Below, piece by piece: positions 10,394 to 20,374 of a stretch of 64,000 nt of DNA; position 1 is the first letter of the stretch, and the number at the start of each line of letters is the position of its first letter. The notes under the pieces are model-generated. The model worked only from the letters and a program-made list of their open reading frames with translations. It had not been told where the DNA came from and did no database searches. Both the position numbers and the translations under genes were made by a program. The stretch comes from Candidatus Multivoradales bacterium (GTDB lineage Bacteria; Acidobacteriota; Thermoanaerobaculia; Multivoradales; Multivoraceae): positions 3,712,001-3,776,000 of the forward strand of contig CBDCWI010000002.1 of assembly GCA_965223325.1 (NCBI GenBank). Reading direction: 5' to 3'.

Positions 10394-11632
10394 ATGGCTA
10401 GACCGGAAAAGTACTTCGTCGGAGTCGATGTCGGCTCCTCGAAGGTGGCAGTGCTGATCGGTCAGCGCGACGAGAGCGGCGAACTCGAAGTCGTCGGCAA
10501 GGGCATGGCCCCGCATCGTGGAACGCGCCGCGGCAACATCGTCAACGTCGAGGCCACCGTCGAGGCGTTGAAACAGGCGACGGAAGAGGCCGAGGTGATG
10601 GCCGGCGTCGAGGTGTCGCGGGCTTACGTTGGGGTCGCAGGCTCTGATGTGCGCAGCATCAACAGCCGAGGCATGGTCTACGTGTCGAGGAAGGATCGCG
10701 AGATCACCCGTCAGGACATCCAGCGTGTGCTGGAGGCGGCACGGTCGCCGGCGCTGCCGTCTGACCGCGAGATCCTGCACGCCATCCCGCAGGAGTTTGT
10801 CGTTGACGAGCAGGGTGGAATCGCCGAACCGCTAGGCATGCTGGGCAGTCGACTCGAAGTCGCGGTGCACCTGGTGACCGGCCACCAGACCCGCAACAAG
10901 ACGCTGCTCACCTGCGTCAATCGCGCCGGCATCGAGGTGATCGAGTTGGTGCTCGAGCCGCTGGCAACTGCCGAGGCACTCTTGACTCCAGATGAGCGTG
11001 AGCTCGGCTCTCTGTTGATCGACCTGGGGTGCGGCACGACCGGCGTGGCTGTATTCGGCGAGGGCGAGATTCAGCACAGCACGGTCATCCCGATTGGCGC
11101 CAGCCACTTCACCAATGACATCGCCCAGGTGTTGCGCACTCCGTTTGCGGAAGCTGAGCGCATCAAGGTGCGGCGCGGCTGTTGCTTGACCAACATGGTT
11201 GCCGACGACGAGGGGATTTCGGTTCCTGCAGTCGGCGGCGGCGGCTCGCGCGTCGTGCCCCGGCATGAGGTCTCCGACATTCTGCAACCGCGTGCCGAGG
11301 AGCTCTTCCAGCTGGTGCGCGAAGACCTGGCGCGCAACTCTGCTGAAGAGCAACTGCGCGGCGGAGTGATTCTCACCGGCGGCGGCGCACAGCTCGACGG
11401 TCTGCTCGAGCTCGCCGAGCAGGTCTTCGATGCCAGCGTCCGCTACGGCATGCCGCGCGGGCTGGGCGGCCTGGTCGACGTCATCAATTCACCCATCTGG
11501 GCGACTGCCGCCGGCCTTCTGCGCTACGGCCTGGCCAGCGAGAAGCTGCGGCGGCGCGGCCAGAAACGTTCGATCTGGAGCATGCGCAGCATGGTCGGCA
11601 ACCTGCGCGGCATGTTCCAGGACCTGTTGTAG
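10394..11632 (+). CDS. ftsA: cell division protein FtsA
   Basis: GVDVGSSKV, IDLGCGTT, ILTGGGAQL, C-terminal amphipathic helix; directly upstream of ftsZ. Confidence 0.97.
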   Translation: MARPEKYFVGVDVGSSKVAVLIGQRDESGELEVVGKGMAPHRGTRRGNIVNVEATVEALKQATEEAEVMAGVEVSRAYVGVAGSDVRSINSRGMVYVSRKDREITRQDIQRVLEAARSPALPSDREILHAIPQEFVVDEQGGIAEPLGMLGSRLEVAVHLVTGHQTRNKTLLTCVNRAGIEVIELVLEPLATAEALLTPDERELGSLLIDLGCGTTGVAVFGEGEIQHSTVIPIGASHFTNDIAQVLRTPFAEAERIKVRRGCCLTNMVADDEGISVPAVGGGGSRVVPRHEVSDILQPRAEELFQLVREDLARNSAEEQLRGGVILTGGGAQLDGLLELAEQVFDASVRYGMPRGLGGLVDVINSPIWATAAGLLRYGLASEKLRRRGQKRSIWSMRSMVGNLRGMFQDLL

Positions 11633-11732
11633 CCGCTGGCCGTCGAAACCAAACCAGCACGACTCATTTACACACCCACCAACCATCCCTCGAGTCTCCT
11701 GACTCTTTCCCTACGAACCGAGGACTGAACCC

Positions 11733-13073
11733 ATGATCCTTTTTGACGAAACCGAAGACACGACGACCGAAGGTCCCCGCATTACTTTCGATCAGGACCC
11801 GGTGAGCCCGGCTGTGATCAAGGTTCTGGGCATCGGCGGCGGCGGCGGGAACGCAGTGAATCGAATGATCGATGCCAACCTTCGCGGCATCGAGTTCATG
11901 GCCTGCAACACCGACCTGCAGGCGCTTTCCAACTGTCGCGCTCCCACCAAGTTGCAACTCGGTGTGCAGCTCACCCGCGGACTTGGCGCCGGCGCCGATC
12001 CGAGCATCGGTCGCGATGCAGCTCTCGAAGACACCGAGAACATTCTGCAGTTTCTAGAAGGCGCCGACATGGTCTTTCTAACCGCCGGGCTCGGCGGCGG
12101 CACGGGAACCGGAGCGGCGCCGATCATTGCGTCGCTCGCTTCTGAGATCGGTGCGTTGACGGTCGCGGTGGTGACCAAGCCGTTCGGTTTCGAAGGTCGG
12201 CGGCGGATGCAGATCGCCGAGATGGGCGTCGAGCACTTGCGCAGCGCCGTCGATACCGTCATCACCATTCCGAATCAGCGGCTGTTGAGTTTCGTCGATC
12301 GCGGAACCCCGCTCTCGGAAGCCTTCCTGATTGCCGATGATGTGCTGCGGCAGGCCGTCCAGGGAATCAGCGACCTGATCACGGTGCCTGGCGAAGTCAA
12401 CGCGGACTTTGCAGACGTCAAGACCATCATGTCGGGAATGGGCATGGCGCTCATGGGCACCGGAATCGCGTCGGGCGAGAACCGGGCCCTGGAGGCCGCG
12501 CAACGCGCCATCGCGTCGCCGCTTCTGGAGGACACGTCGATTCAGGGTGCCAAGGGCGTCCTGATCAACATTTCGGGTTCCAAGAACCTGACCCTGCACG
12601 AAGTCGCCGAAGCGGCGGATGTCATTGCAGAGGCTGTCGATCCAGACGCCAACATCATCTCGGGGCTGGTACTCGATCCGACCCTCGAAGACGACATGAA
12701 GGTGACCGTCATCGCCACCGGCTTCCCGTACACGCCAACCGAGCAGCCTGCCGTTCCGCAGCGCGAGCCCCTTGCTCCGCCTCGTCCGAAGCATCTAGAG
12801 CGCGAACCGGAGATCCGACGCTACGAGTCGCCGCGCGACCTGCCCGTCATGTCGTCGCCCCCGGCCCCGGAGTTGCCGATGTCATCGGAAACAAACAGTG
12901 ACGAGGAGATCGACCTGACTCTCGGCGGGGACGGTCGAGAAGAGACAGAGGTTCCCTTCTACAAGCGCGTCCTGGCCGAGCGCCACGGCGACGACAACGG
13001 TGGCTTCGGCCCCAACCAGCGCGATGTCGACGACTACGACATCCCGACGATTCTGCGCAAAGCCTCTGACTGA
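11733..13073 (+). CDS. ftsZ: cell division GTPase FtsZ
   Basis: [26 protein letters not shown] tubulin signature, NADFADV, C-terminal DIPTILRK peptide. Confidence 0.99.
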   Translation: MILFDETEDTTTEGPRITFDQDPVSPAVIKVLGIGGGGGNAVNRMIDANLRGIEFMACNTDLQALSNCRAPTKLQLGVQLTRGLGAGADPSIGRDAALEDTENILQFLEGADMVFLTAGLGGGTGTGAAPIIASLASEIGALTVAVVTKPFGFEGRRRMQIAEMGVEHLRSAVDTVITIPNQRLLSFVDRGTPLSEAFLIADDVLRQAVQGISDLITVPGEVNADFADVKTIMSGMGMALMGTGIASGENRALEAAQRAIASPLLEDTSIQGAKGVLINISGSKNLTLHEVAEAADVIAEAVDPDANIISGLVLDPTLEDDMKVTVIATGFPYTPTEQPAVPQREPLAPPRPKHLEREPEIRRYESPRDLPVMSSPPAPELPMSSETNSDEEIDLTLGGDGREETEVPFYKRVLAERHGDDNGGFGPNQRDVDDYDIPTILRKASD

Positions 13074-13080
13074 ACAGGTG

Positions 13081-13105
13081 GTGGGGGGCGGCCGCCGCCC
13101 CCCAC
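13081..13105 (+). terminator. GC-rich hairpin after ftsZ (probable terminator or transcript-end structure)
   Basis: GTGGGGGGCGG-ccg-CCGCCCCCCAC, an 11-bp stem starting 8 nt after the stop. Only a weak U-tract follows. Confidence 0.55.
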
Positions 13106-13283
13106 TCGTTCTCAGACGGCCTGAAGGGTTCCGGCGACGGTTTTCTGGGAAACCTCGTCGGAGCCGGCGTGCGAACTGGTGCCCAAGCAAAGAGGGGTTG
13201 ATACTCTTCTATGTCCGCCGCTCGGACAGTCTTCCTCTCGCCGGGCGATTCCCTGGACTCTGACTCCGAAGTCTGACGCACCC

Positions 13284-15302
13284 TTGAACCGCCTCGAGCC
13301 AGGTTCGGTCCTGGACAACAAGTACGAGATCCTCGCCTGTCTCAATGAGATCGGGCCGTCTGAGGTCTATCTAGCGCGCCACCTACACCTCGATGCACAG
13401 CGGGTGGTCAAGGTTCTGGGGAACGAGAACGCGCGCGACCCTGAGGTCCTGGCCCGGTTTCAACGCGAGGCGCTCACGGCGACGCAGATTCAGCACCCGC
13501 GCATCGCAACCCTCTACGACTATTCAGTGATCGGCGATGGTGACTTCTACATGGTTTGGGAGTACATCGAGGGTCGCGACCTCGCCAGTTGGCTCGACAG
13601 ACACGGGCGTGTTCCCTTGCTTCCGGGGGTCGAGTTGGCGATTCAGGGGCTCGAGGGTCTACTGGCTCTCCACGAGGCCGGCATCCTGCATCGTGACGTG
13701 AGCCCCGACAACATGATGCTGACCCGCGACGCAGCAGGTGCGGTTTGTCTAAAGCTCATCGACTTCGGCCTGGCCCGCACTACGGCTGACGCGGAGCTGG
13801 AGTCGGGGTTTTTCGGGGGTAAGTTCCTCTATTGCTCACCCGAGCAGGCTGGGGTCACAGAGGGCGGAACGGTCGACCACAGGAGCGACCTCTACTGCTT
13901 CGGTCTGGTGATCTACGAGATGCTGACGGGGCATCGACCTTGGACCAGCGGTCAGGAAGAGAGCCTCGAGGCGCGCTTTGGTAACCCGCCGCTCCCCATG
14001 CGTTCGCGTAACCCCGAAGTCGAGATTCCTGTTGAGTTGGATCGCACCGTCATGCGAGCGCTCTCGGCATCGCCCCAAGCGCGTCAGCAAGATGCCCGCG
14101 AGCTGCTCGCCGAGCTCGAGCGCGCCTTGCGCGGGCTGCGAGCCGAGGAACGGCTGCGCGACGAGCAGGTGCGGTTGTCAGGCTCCAGGCCCATCGAAGA
14201 CGACGAGGAACGTCGGCCCGACGCGGTGCCCGACGAGATCCGCGACGCGCCGAGCCTGGTTGGCATCGCCGAGCGCTCGCTGCGTGCCGGGCGGCTCGAG
14301 CTTGCCGAAAGCGCAATGCGCCGGCTACGAGCTCTCGAGCGACCACCGCTGGGGATGGCTGAACTCGAGCGTCGCCTAGAAGATTCGCGGGCGCGCCGCC
14401 TACGCATGCAGGTCATGCAAACCGAAGAGCTGCTGGAGCAACACATCCAGGAACGTCGCCAGGGTCTGGCCGAGCTGGCGCTCGAGGTGCTGGTCCAACT
14501 CGCCCCCGACCATCCGGAACGTGCAGCCCTCGAGTGGCGCGTCGAGTCGATCGGCTCGAAACTCGGTCCCGCCCATGACCCTCGCCGCATGTTCGAGGAA
14601 GGCCGTCGGCTGGCTGTGCGCGGTGATCTCGACGGTGCTAGGCGAATCGCCGACCAGCTCCGTCATGATCAACGTGGCGCACACTTCAGCCGCCAGCTCG
14701 ACCAGCAGGTCAAGGAGCTCGAAAAGGGTGAGAGATCAGATCGCGCCGCGCGCAAGCTCAAGGCGCAGGTCGAGAAACTGCTCGAAGTCGGTCGCATCGA
14801 TGAGGCCGAGCAGGAGATCAACAAGCTCAGCGCGCTCTCCGTCCCGCGCCTGGTGACCGACCTTTTGCGCCAACGGATCGACGAAAGTCGTGACGTTTCT
14901 CGTCGCCATTGGCAAGGTCGCATGATCGAAATGCGTTTCCCTCGACTGCTCGAGAATCGTGACTGGGAAGGCGCCCGCGGGGCAGCCCGCGAACTACGCG
15001 AGCTGCTTCCGGCAAGTGAACGCCCCGCCGAAATGCTCGCCGAGGTGGATCGGTGTGAGCGCGAAGAAGAACGGCAGGACGCACTCATTCACGGGCGCCA
15101 GTTGGTCGAGCAGTTTCTGGAGTCCGAGCGACTCAGTGAGGCAGAGACGGCCCTCGCCACCTTGATTCAACTCGATCCCGATCATCCCGATCGCGCTCGT
15201 CTCGAGAATGAACTCAAGGCATGCCAGTCCAATGAACTCGAGTACTCGCCCGATCAGGCGGTAGCCTCCGTCGAGGCGCAGACGTCCCAGTCGGCCGACT
15301 GA
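13284..15302 (+). CDS. Hanks-type Ser/Thr protein kinase with C-terminal helical (TPR-like) repeats
   Basis: VVKVL, RFQREA, HRDVSPDN, IDFGLA, YCSPEQ, DHRSDLY. C-terminal half has repeated 'LxxLxPDHP.RA.LE' helices. Start uncertain: TTG 13284 chosen, frame open from 13179. Confidence 0.88.
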   Translation: MNRLEPGSVLDNKYEILACLNEIGPSEVYLARHLHLDAQRVVKVLGNENARDPEVLARFQREALTATQIQHPRIATLYDYSVIGDGDFYMVWEYIEGRDLASWLDRHGRVPLLPGVELAIQGLEGLLALHEAGILHRDVSPDNMMLTRDAAGAVCLKLIDFGLARTTADAELESGFFGGKFLYCSPEQAGVTEGGTVDHRSDLYCFGLVIYEMLTGHRPWTSGQEESLEARFGNPPLPMRSRNPEVEIPVELDRTVMRALSASPQARQQDARELLAELERALRGLRAEERLRDEQVRLSGSRPIEDDEERRPDAVPDEIRDAPSLVGIAERSLRAGRLELAESAMRRLRALERPPLGMAELERRLEDSRARRLRMQVMQTEELLEQHIQERRQGLAELALEVLVQLAPDHPERAALEWRVESIGSKLGPAHDPRRMFEEGRRLAVRGDLDGARRIADQLRHDQRGAHFSRQLDQQVKELEKGERSDRAARKLKAQVEKLLEVGRIDEAEQEINKLSALSVPRLVTDLLRQRIDESRDVSRRHWQGRMIEMRFPRLLENRDWEGARGAARELRELLPASERPAEMLAEVDRCEREEERQDALIHGRQLVEQFLESERLSEAETALATLIQLDPDHPDRARLENELKACQSNELEYSPDQAVASVEAQTSQSAD

Positions 15303-15391
15303 GCTTCCGGCGCATACCCCATCAAGAAAGAACCACCCGTTGTGCCACTCGGCCAACGGGCGATGAGGCCTCATCCAGGCCACGAGGATGT

Positions 15392-17488
15392 ATGACTCGT
15401 TCTGCTACTGAACCCCGCTCGACGACCCCGGCCAAACGCTCTTCACCCGCCCTGCGCCTTGGCCTCATGTTGCTCTCACGGGCGCTCGACGAGCGCTTCG
15501 AGTCGCTGCGCCTCTCGGGTCGAGTCGCCAAGTGGTACAGCGCAATCGGTAACGAGGGCATCACCGTTCCGGCCGGTCTGGCACTCGATCAACGCGATGT
15601 CCTGGTGACGTTGCATCGCGACCTCGGGGCGATTCTGGGCGTCTATCTCGATCCAGCGCGCACCTTTCCGGGCCTGGGCCTGCCGGCTGAAGCACAGAAG
15701 CCAGAACCCGAGGCGATTCTCGAGCGCCTGGCCCGTCAGCTGCTCGGCCGCGCCGGCGGCTTCTCGGAGGGGATCGAGCGCTCGTATCACTACGGCTACT
15801 TCGACGAAGCTGCTGGTATTCAACACATCGGCATGATCAGCCACCTCGGCTCGATGATTCCGGTCACCGCCGGTGCGGCCTTCGCGCGCCAGCGCGAAGG
15901 GAACGGCGGCATCGCGATCAACTTCATCGGCGAAGGTGGAACCTCGACGGGCGACTTTCACGAGGCGCTCAATATCGCCTCGGTGTGGAAGCTACCGATG
16001 GTTCTTGTGGTTGAGAACAACCAGTTTGCCTTCTCTACGCCGGCGGCGGCGCAGTTCTCCTGTGAACGCCTTTCGGATCGTGCGCTCGGCTATGGCATGG
16101 CCGGAGAGACCATCGACGGCAACGACCCCGAGCGCATGCAGACCGCGGTCGAGGCGGCAGTGCGCCGCGCCCGCGAGGGGCGCGGGCCGACTTTGCTCGA
16201 GGCGGTCGTCGGTCGCATGCGAGGTCACGCCGAGGGGGACGACTCGCTGAAGGTGGTTCCCGAGGAAGATCTCGAGCGCTACCGCGCCGCCGACCCGGTG
16301 CCGGCCTACAGGACGCGCCTGATCTCAGGCGGCGTGCTTGACGAGGCCATCGTGAGGGCGCTCGAGGAGCGCGCCCATGAGCTCACCGAGCTGGCCCTCG
16401 ACCGTGCCCTCGAGGCGCCGCTACCCGACGCCTCGGTGGCCAGACGCCCGGTCCGTGCAGCGGCTTCCCCGGACAGGATCGCGATTCCCACCCCCACGAG
16501 CCGCGCGCCCGCGGATGATTCGACGTCGTACGTTGACGCGATTTCCCGCGCCCTCTCTGAAGCGATGGAGAGCGACCCTTCGGTGGTCCTCATGGGCCAG
16601 GACATCGGAGCTTTCGAAGGTGCGTTCCGTGTGACTCGCGGGCTCCACCAGCGCTGGCCCGAGCGTGTGCGTGACACCCCGATCGCCGAAAGCGGCACTC
16701 TCGGTCTCGCTGCCGGTGCGGCACTCCTCGGGCTGAAACCAATCGTCGAGATGCAGTTCGCCGACTTCGTCTCCTGCGGCTTCAACCAGATCGTCAATGT
16801 CATGGCCAAGCTCTACTACCGCTTCGAACGCCCCTGTCCGGTGGTCATACGCCTGCCTTCGGGGGGTGGCGTTGGCGCCGGCGCTTTCCATTCGCAAAAC
16901 CCTGAGGGTTGGTTCGCGCACACCGCAGGGCTCGAGGTGGTGTGCCCTGCCACCGCAGTCGACGCCTGGTCGCTGATGCACGCGGCGATACAGAGCCCCA
17001 ACCCGGTGATCTTCTGCGAGCACAAGTATCTCTATCGCCGGATCAAAGAGGTCCTGCCGATGGAGTGGGAGCCCGAGGTCCTCGGTCGCGCTGCGGTGCG
17101 TCGGCCGGGCTCTGACCTGACGCTGGTCGGCTATGGCGCGTCGGTCTGGACGTGCATCGACGTTGCGGAGGCACTCTCGGAAGCCGGCGTGGCGGAAGCA
17201 GAAGTCGTTGACCTGCGTACGCTCGTTCCGCTCGACGAGGAGACGCTTCTCGAGTCAGTCAAGAAAACCGGCCGCGCGATCGTCGTTCACGAAGCGCAGC
17301 GCACAGGTGGCTTCGGTGCCGAGATTGCAGCGCGCATTGCCGATTCAGCCTTCGCCTGGCTCGACGCGCCGGTCAAGCGCGTGGCCTATGCCGATCGCCC
17401 GGTTCCGTACCTGAAAGTGCTCGAGAAAGAGCTTCTACCTGACGTCGACCGAGTCACCGCCGTTGCCCGCGAGGTCCTGGCCTTCTAG
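15392..17488 (+). CDS. 2-oxoacid dehydrogenase E1, fused alpha+beta subunits (branched-chain/pyruvate type)
   Basis: TPP motif IGEGGTSTGDFHEALN...VVENN and RMRGH in the alpha part. DTPIAE, EMQFADF, HSQNPE, FCEHK, VDLRTLVPLD, VHEA in the beta part. Confidence 0.93.
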   Translation: MTRSATEPRSTTPAKRSSPALRLGLMLLSRALDERFESLRLSGRVAKWYSAIGNEGITVPAGLALDQRDVLVTLHRDLGAILGVYLDPARTFPGLGLPAEAQKPEPEAILERLARQLLGRAGGFSEGIERSYHYGYFDEAAGIQHIGMISHLGSMIPVTAGAAFARQREGNGGIAINFIGEGGTSTGDFHEALNIASVWKLPMVLVVENNQFAFSTPAAAQFSCERLSDRALGYGMAGETIDGNDPERMQTAVEAAVRRAREGRGPTLLEAVVGRMRGHAEGDDSLKVVPEEDLERYRAADPVPAYRTRLISGGVLDEAIVRALEERAHELTELALDRALEAPLPDASVARRPVRAAASPDRIAIPTPTSRAPADDSTSYVDAISRALSEAMESDPSVVLMGQDIGAFEGAFRVTRGLHQRWPERVRDTPIAESGTLGLAAGAALLGLKPIVEMQFADFVSCGFNQIVNVMAKLYYRFERPCPVVIRLPSGGGVGAGAFHSQNPEGWFAHTAGLEVVCPATAVDAWSLMHAAIQSPNPVIFCEHKYLYRRIKEVLPMEWEPEVLGRAAVRRPGSDLTLVGYGASVWTCIDVAEALSEAGVAEAEVVDLRTLVPLDEETLLESVKKTGRAIVVHEAQRTGGFGAEIAARIADSAFAWLDAPVKRVAYADRPVPYLKVLEKELLPDVDRVTAVAREVLAF

Positions 17489-17495
17489 GCGCCTT

Positions 17496-17660
17496 TCAGT
17501 CCTTCTTGGCCTCGAGCGCTGCCAGCCGGCGCTCGATCTCAGCCAGCTTGTAGAGGATCAGAACGTGAGTCTTCTTGGCGTCGATGCCCACCGGGCTTTG
17601 GTCGCTGTGGATGAGCGCTTCGATCTCTTTCTGCGCGTCTTTTGGGATCTCGAGGGCCAT
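17496..17660 (-). CDS. small hypothetical protein, 54 aa (MALEIPKDAQKEIEALIHSDQSPVGIDAKKTHVLILYKLAEIERRLAALEAKKD)
   Basis: Read manually; below the ORF-track cutoff. GGAGG RBS upstream of ATG, GC3-rich codons, C-terminal coiled coil, stop 7 nt from the convergent E1 stop. Confidence 0.75.
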   Translation of the reverse strand: MALEIPKDAQKEIEALIHSDQSPVGIDAKKTHVLILYKLAEIERRLAALEAKKD

Positions 17661-17921
17661 TGCGGTTTCGCCTCCAGGTTGTTTCGGTTGTTCGAATCGT
17701 TCTCCTTGAGCTGACTCCGGAGTGTGTCAAGAAACGCTCGCCCGGCGGGCCAGGAGCAGGCTTGGAAACAGGCTACGTAGTTACCCTTACGTGGACTGGT
17801 AGTTGCCCGACGTCACAGGTCTCGGCCACCTTTCTATGGTGAACCAGTCGTGGTTTTTGTGTCATCAATTCGGGGTCAAAGAACAAGGTTTCGGTAGCCG
17901 CCATCTAGAGGGAGGGAACTG

Positions 17922-19481
17922 TTGGCTGGTGTCAACCTGTCCCAGTGGGACATCGAGAACGAAGAGTTCTGGAGGGTAACCGGTCGCAGGATCGGGATGC
18001 GCAACCTCTGGATCTCGATTCCCTGTCTCCTGTGCGGCTTTGCGGTGTGGCTCTACTGGAGCATCATCACCACCGAGATGCTCAACCTGGGATTTCCCTT
18101 CACCCAGGCCCAGCTCTTTACCCTTGCCGGAATCGCTGGCGTCACCGGCGCCACTCTGCGCATTCCGAGCTCGTTTCTGATCCGCATCGCGGGCGGTCGC
18201 AACACGCTTTTCCTGACCACGTCGCTGCTGCTCCTTCCGGCGCTCGGAACGGGCCTCGCACTCCGTGATCCGGAGACGCCGCTGTGGGTCTTCTGGATGT
18301 TGGCGGCGCTCTCTGGCATCGGAGGCGGCAACTTCGCCTCTTCGATGTCGAACATCAGCTTCTTCTTTCCGAAGCGCATGCAGGGTCTCTCCCTGGGGCT
18401 CAACGCCGGCCTCGGCAATCTCGGGGTCAGCGTCATGCAGGTGCTCCTGCCCTACGTGATGACCTTCGGGTTGTTCGGTGCCGCCGCCGGAGAGCCACGA
18501 ACCAATCCCGCAACGGGTGCGCTGAGCTTCATTCAAAACGCCGGGTTCGTCTGGGTGCCGGTGCTCTTGTTGCTTGGCGTGCTGGCGTTTTTCGGTCTCA
18601 ACAACATCACCACAGAGTGGGTGTCGCCGGGTCTGGGCTCGACCCTGTCGAGTTTCGGCAAGGTGCTCTCGCTACTCCTCATCGGTCTCGTTGCCGCGTC
18701 GGCAGGGCTCTACCTCCTGCTAGTGCTCGGGGTCAGCAAGTGGATCGTGTTGCCGATGGTGATCGCTGCGACCGTCTTCGGGATGAAGCTCGTCCCAGGA
18801 GAAACCCGCGACGCACTCGACCGCCAGTACAAGATCTTTGGCAACAAACACACTTGGGTCATGACGGTCATCTACATCATGACCTTTGGCTCCTTCATCG
18901 GCTTCTCGGCGGCGTTTCCGCTCGCCATCAAGGTGATCTTCGGTTTTGCCCACAGCCCCACCGGCGCTGAGCTCGGTGTCAATCCGAATGCTCCGAACCC
19001 CTTCATGTACGCCTGGCTGGGTCCTCTGGTGGGCTCGTTGGCGCGCCCTGTCGGCGGCTGGGTGTCAGACATGAAGATTGGCGGCGCCAAGGTGACCCAG
19101 ATCATCACCTTGGTGATGATCTCTGCGGCCCTCGGGGTCTCGTACTTCATGGTGCAGGCCTACCGCTCCGAGACCCCTGAGGTCTTCTTTCTTCCCTTCC
19201 TGCTGCTCTTTCTCGCGCTGTTCACGGCGACCGGAGTCGGCAATGGCTCGACTTTTCGTTCGATGGGTGTGATGTTCGACAAAGAGCAGGCCGGCCCAGT
19301 CCTCGGGTGGACCTCGGCGGTTGCCGCCTACGGTGCCTACCTCATTCCGCAGATCCTCGGCGAGCAGATCCAGGCCGGAACACCCGAGCGTGCCCTGATG
19401 GGCTTTGCGGCTTTCTATACAGCTTGTCTGGTTCTAAACTGGTGGTACTACGCTAGGCGTAACGCCGAGATCAAGTGCTGA
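17922..19481 (+). CDS. narK: nitrate/nitrite MFS transporter, NarK2 (antiporter) type
   Basis: WDIENEEFW...RNLWISIP, GATLRIP, GIGGGNFASSMSNISFFFPK, MTFGSFIGFS, GVGNGSTF. TTG start after GGAGGG. Confidence 0.93.
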   Translation: MAGVNLSQWDIENEEFWRVTGRRIGMRNLWISIPCLLCGFAVWLYWSIITTEMLNLGFPFTQAQLFTLAGIAGVTGATLRIPSSFLIRIAGGRNTLFLTTSLLLLPALGTGLALRDPETPLWVFWMLAALSGIGGGNFASSMSNISFFFPKRMQGLSLGLNAGLGNLGVSVMQVLLPYVMTFGLFGAAAGEPRTNPATGALSFIQNAGFVWVPVLLLLGVLAFFGLNNITTEWVSPGLGSTLSSFGKVLSLLLIGLVAASAGLYLLLVLGVSKWIVLPMVIAATVFGMKLVPGETRDALDRQYKIFGNKHTWVMTVIYIMTFGSFIGFSAAFPLAIKVIFGFAHSPTGAELGVNPNAPNPFMYAWLGPLVGSLARPVGGWVSDMKIGGAKVTQIITLVMISAALGVSYFMVQAYRSETPEVFFLPFLLLFLALFTATGVGNGSTFRSMGVMFDKEQAGPVLGWTSAVAAYGAYLIPQILGEQIQAGTPERALMGFAAFYTACLVLNWWYYARRNAEIKC

Positions 19482-19534
19482 GCATGCCTGACGCTTTCAA
19501 CAACTCTCCAGCGCGACGCGCTTGAGGTGACTCG

Positions 19535-20374
19535 ATGAAGATGAAACGAAGTGCATGGCCGGCGCTCTTGCCGGCCGTCGTCATGTTGGTCGTGCCGCAG
19601 ATGGCGATCGGGCAGGAAACAAGTGACTACTTCCGCGCCAACTGCATGAGCTGTCACACCATCGGCGGCGGGCGCCTGGTCGGGCCTGACCTCAAAAACG
19701 TCGCCGAGCGCGCTGACCACGAGTGGCTGGTCAACTTCATCCTCAATCCGACCACGGTTCTCAACTCTGGCGACGCCTACGCCAAGAAGCTTCAGGATGA
19801 AGCGGGAGGTGCGGTGATGCCGGCGGTCATGGGAATGTCTCGCGATCAGGCAGAGCGACTGCTCGAGCTGATCGCCAGCGAGTCGCAACTCGACCAGTCT
19901 GCGTTCGCCGGTCTTTCGATTGGTGACGAGCCGTTCACCCAGGCCGACATCGATCGCGGAAAACGAATCTTCGAAGGGCGTCAACACCTGAGCAACGGGG
20001 GCCCGCCGTGCCTGTCGTGTCATACCGCCAGTGCTCTGGGTGGCTTCGGGGGCGGGCGCCTTGGTCCGGACCTGACCAGGGTGTACGAGCGCCTCGCCGG
20101 CCGCAAGAGCCTCGCCGCCTGGTTGCAAGCGCCGGCGACTGAAGTCATGCGGCCGGTCTACCGCGACCACACATTGACCAACGACGAGATCGTCGGCCTG
20201 GTTGCCTACCTCGAAGATCGCGCGCAAGCTGGCGGTGAAGCCTCGCAGACTTTCCAGGCGCTGTTGTTGGTACTCGGTCTCGTCGGTGTGGCGTTGACCT
20301 TCTTTTTGGCGGACACCCTCTGGAAGGGACGCTTTCGTGGAGTTAGAACCCCACTCGTGAAAGGTGAGCGATGA
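19535..20374 (+). CDS. membrane-anchored periplasmic dihaem cytochrome c (NarC-like)
   Basis: Signal peptide, two CxxCH motifs (CMSCH, CLSCH) each followed by GPDL and a distal Met, C-terminal TM helix; stop overlaps the narG start. Confidence 0.88.
   Translation: MKMKRSAWPALLPAVVMLVVPQMAIGQETSDYFRANCMSCHTIGGGRLVGPDLKNVAERADHEWLVNFILNPTTVLNSGDAYAKKLQDEAGGAVMPAVMGMSRDQAERLLELIASESQLDQSAFAGLSIGDEPFTQADIDRGKRIFEGRQHLSNGGPPCLSCHTASALGGFGGGRLGPDLTRVYERLAGRKSLAAWLQAPATEVMRPVYRDHTLTNDEIVGLVAYLEDRAQAGGEASQTFQALLLVLGLVGVALTFFLADTLWKGRFRGVRTPLVKGER

Noticed and set aside
17539-17730. ORF-track 63-aa minus-strand ORF and 83-aa plus-strand ORF (17463-17714)
   Set aside because: The 54-aa ORF at 17660-17496 in another frame has the RBS and typical codon usage, so these are its shadows.
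17855-17879. ATCAA/GTCAA half-sites upstream of narK2 as FNR/DNR sites
   Set aside because: The matching TTGAT/TTGAC half-site at the correct 4-nt spacing is absent.
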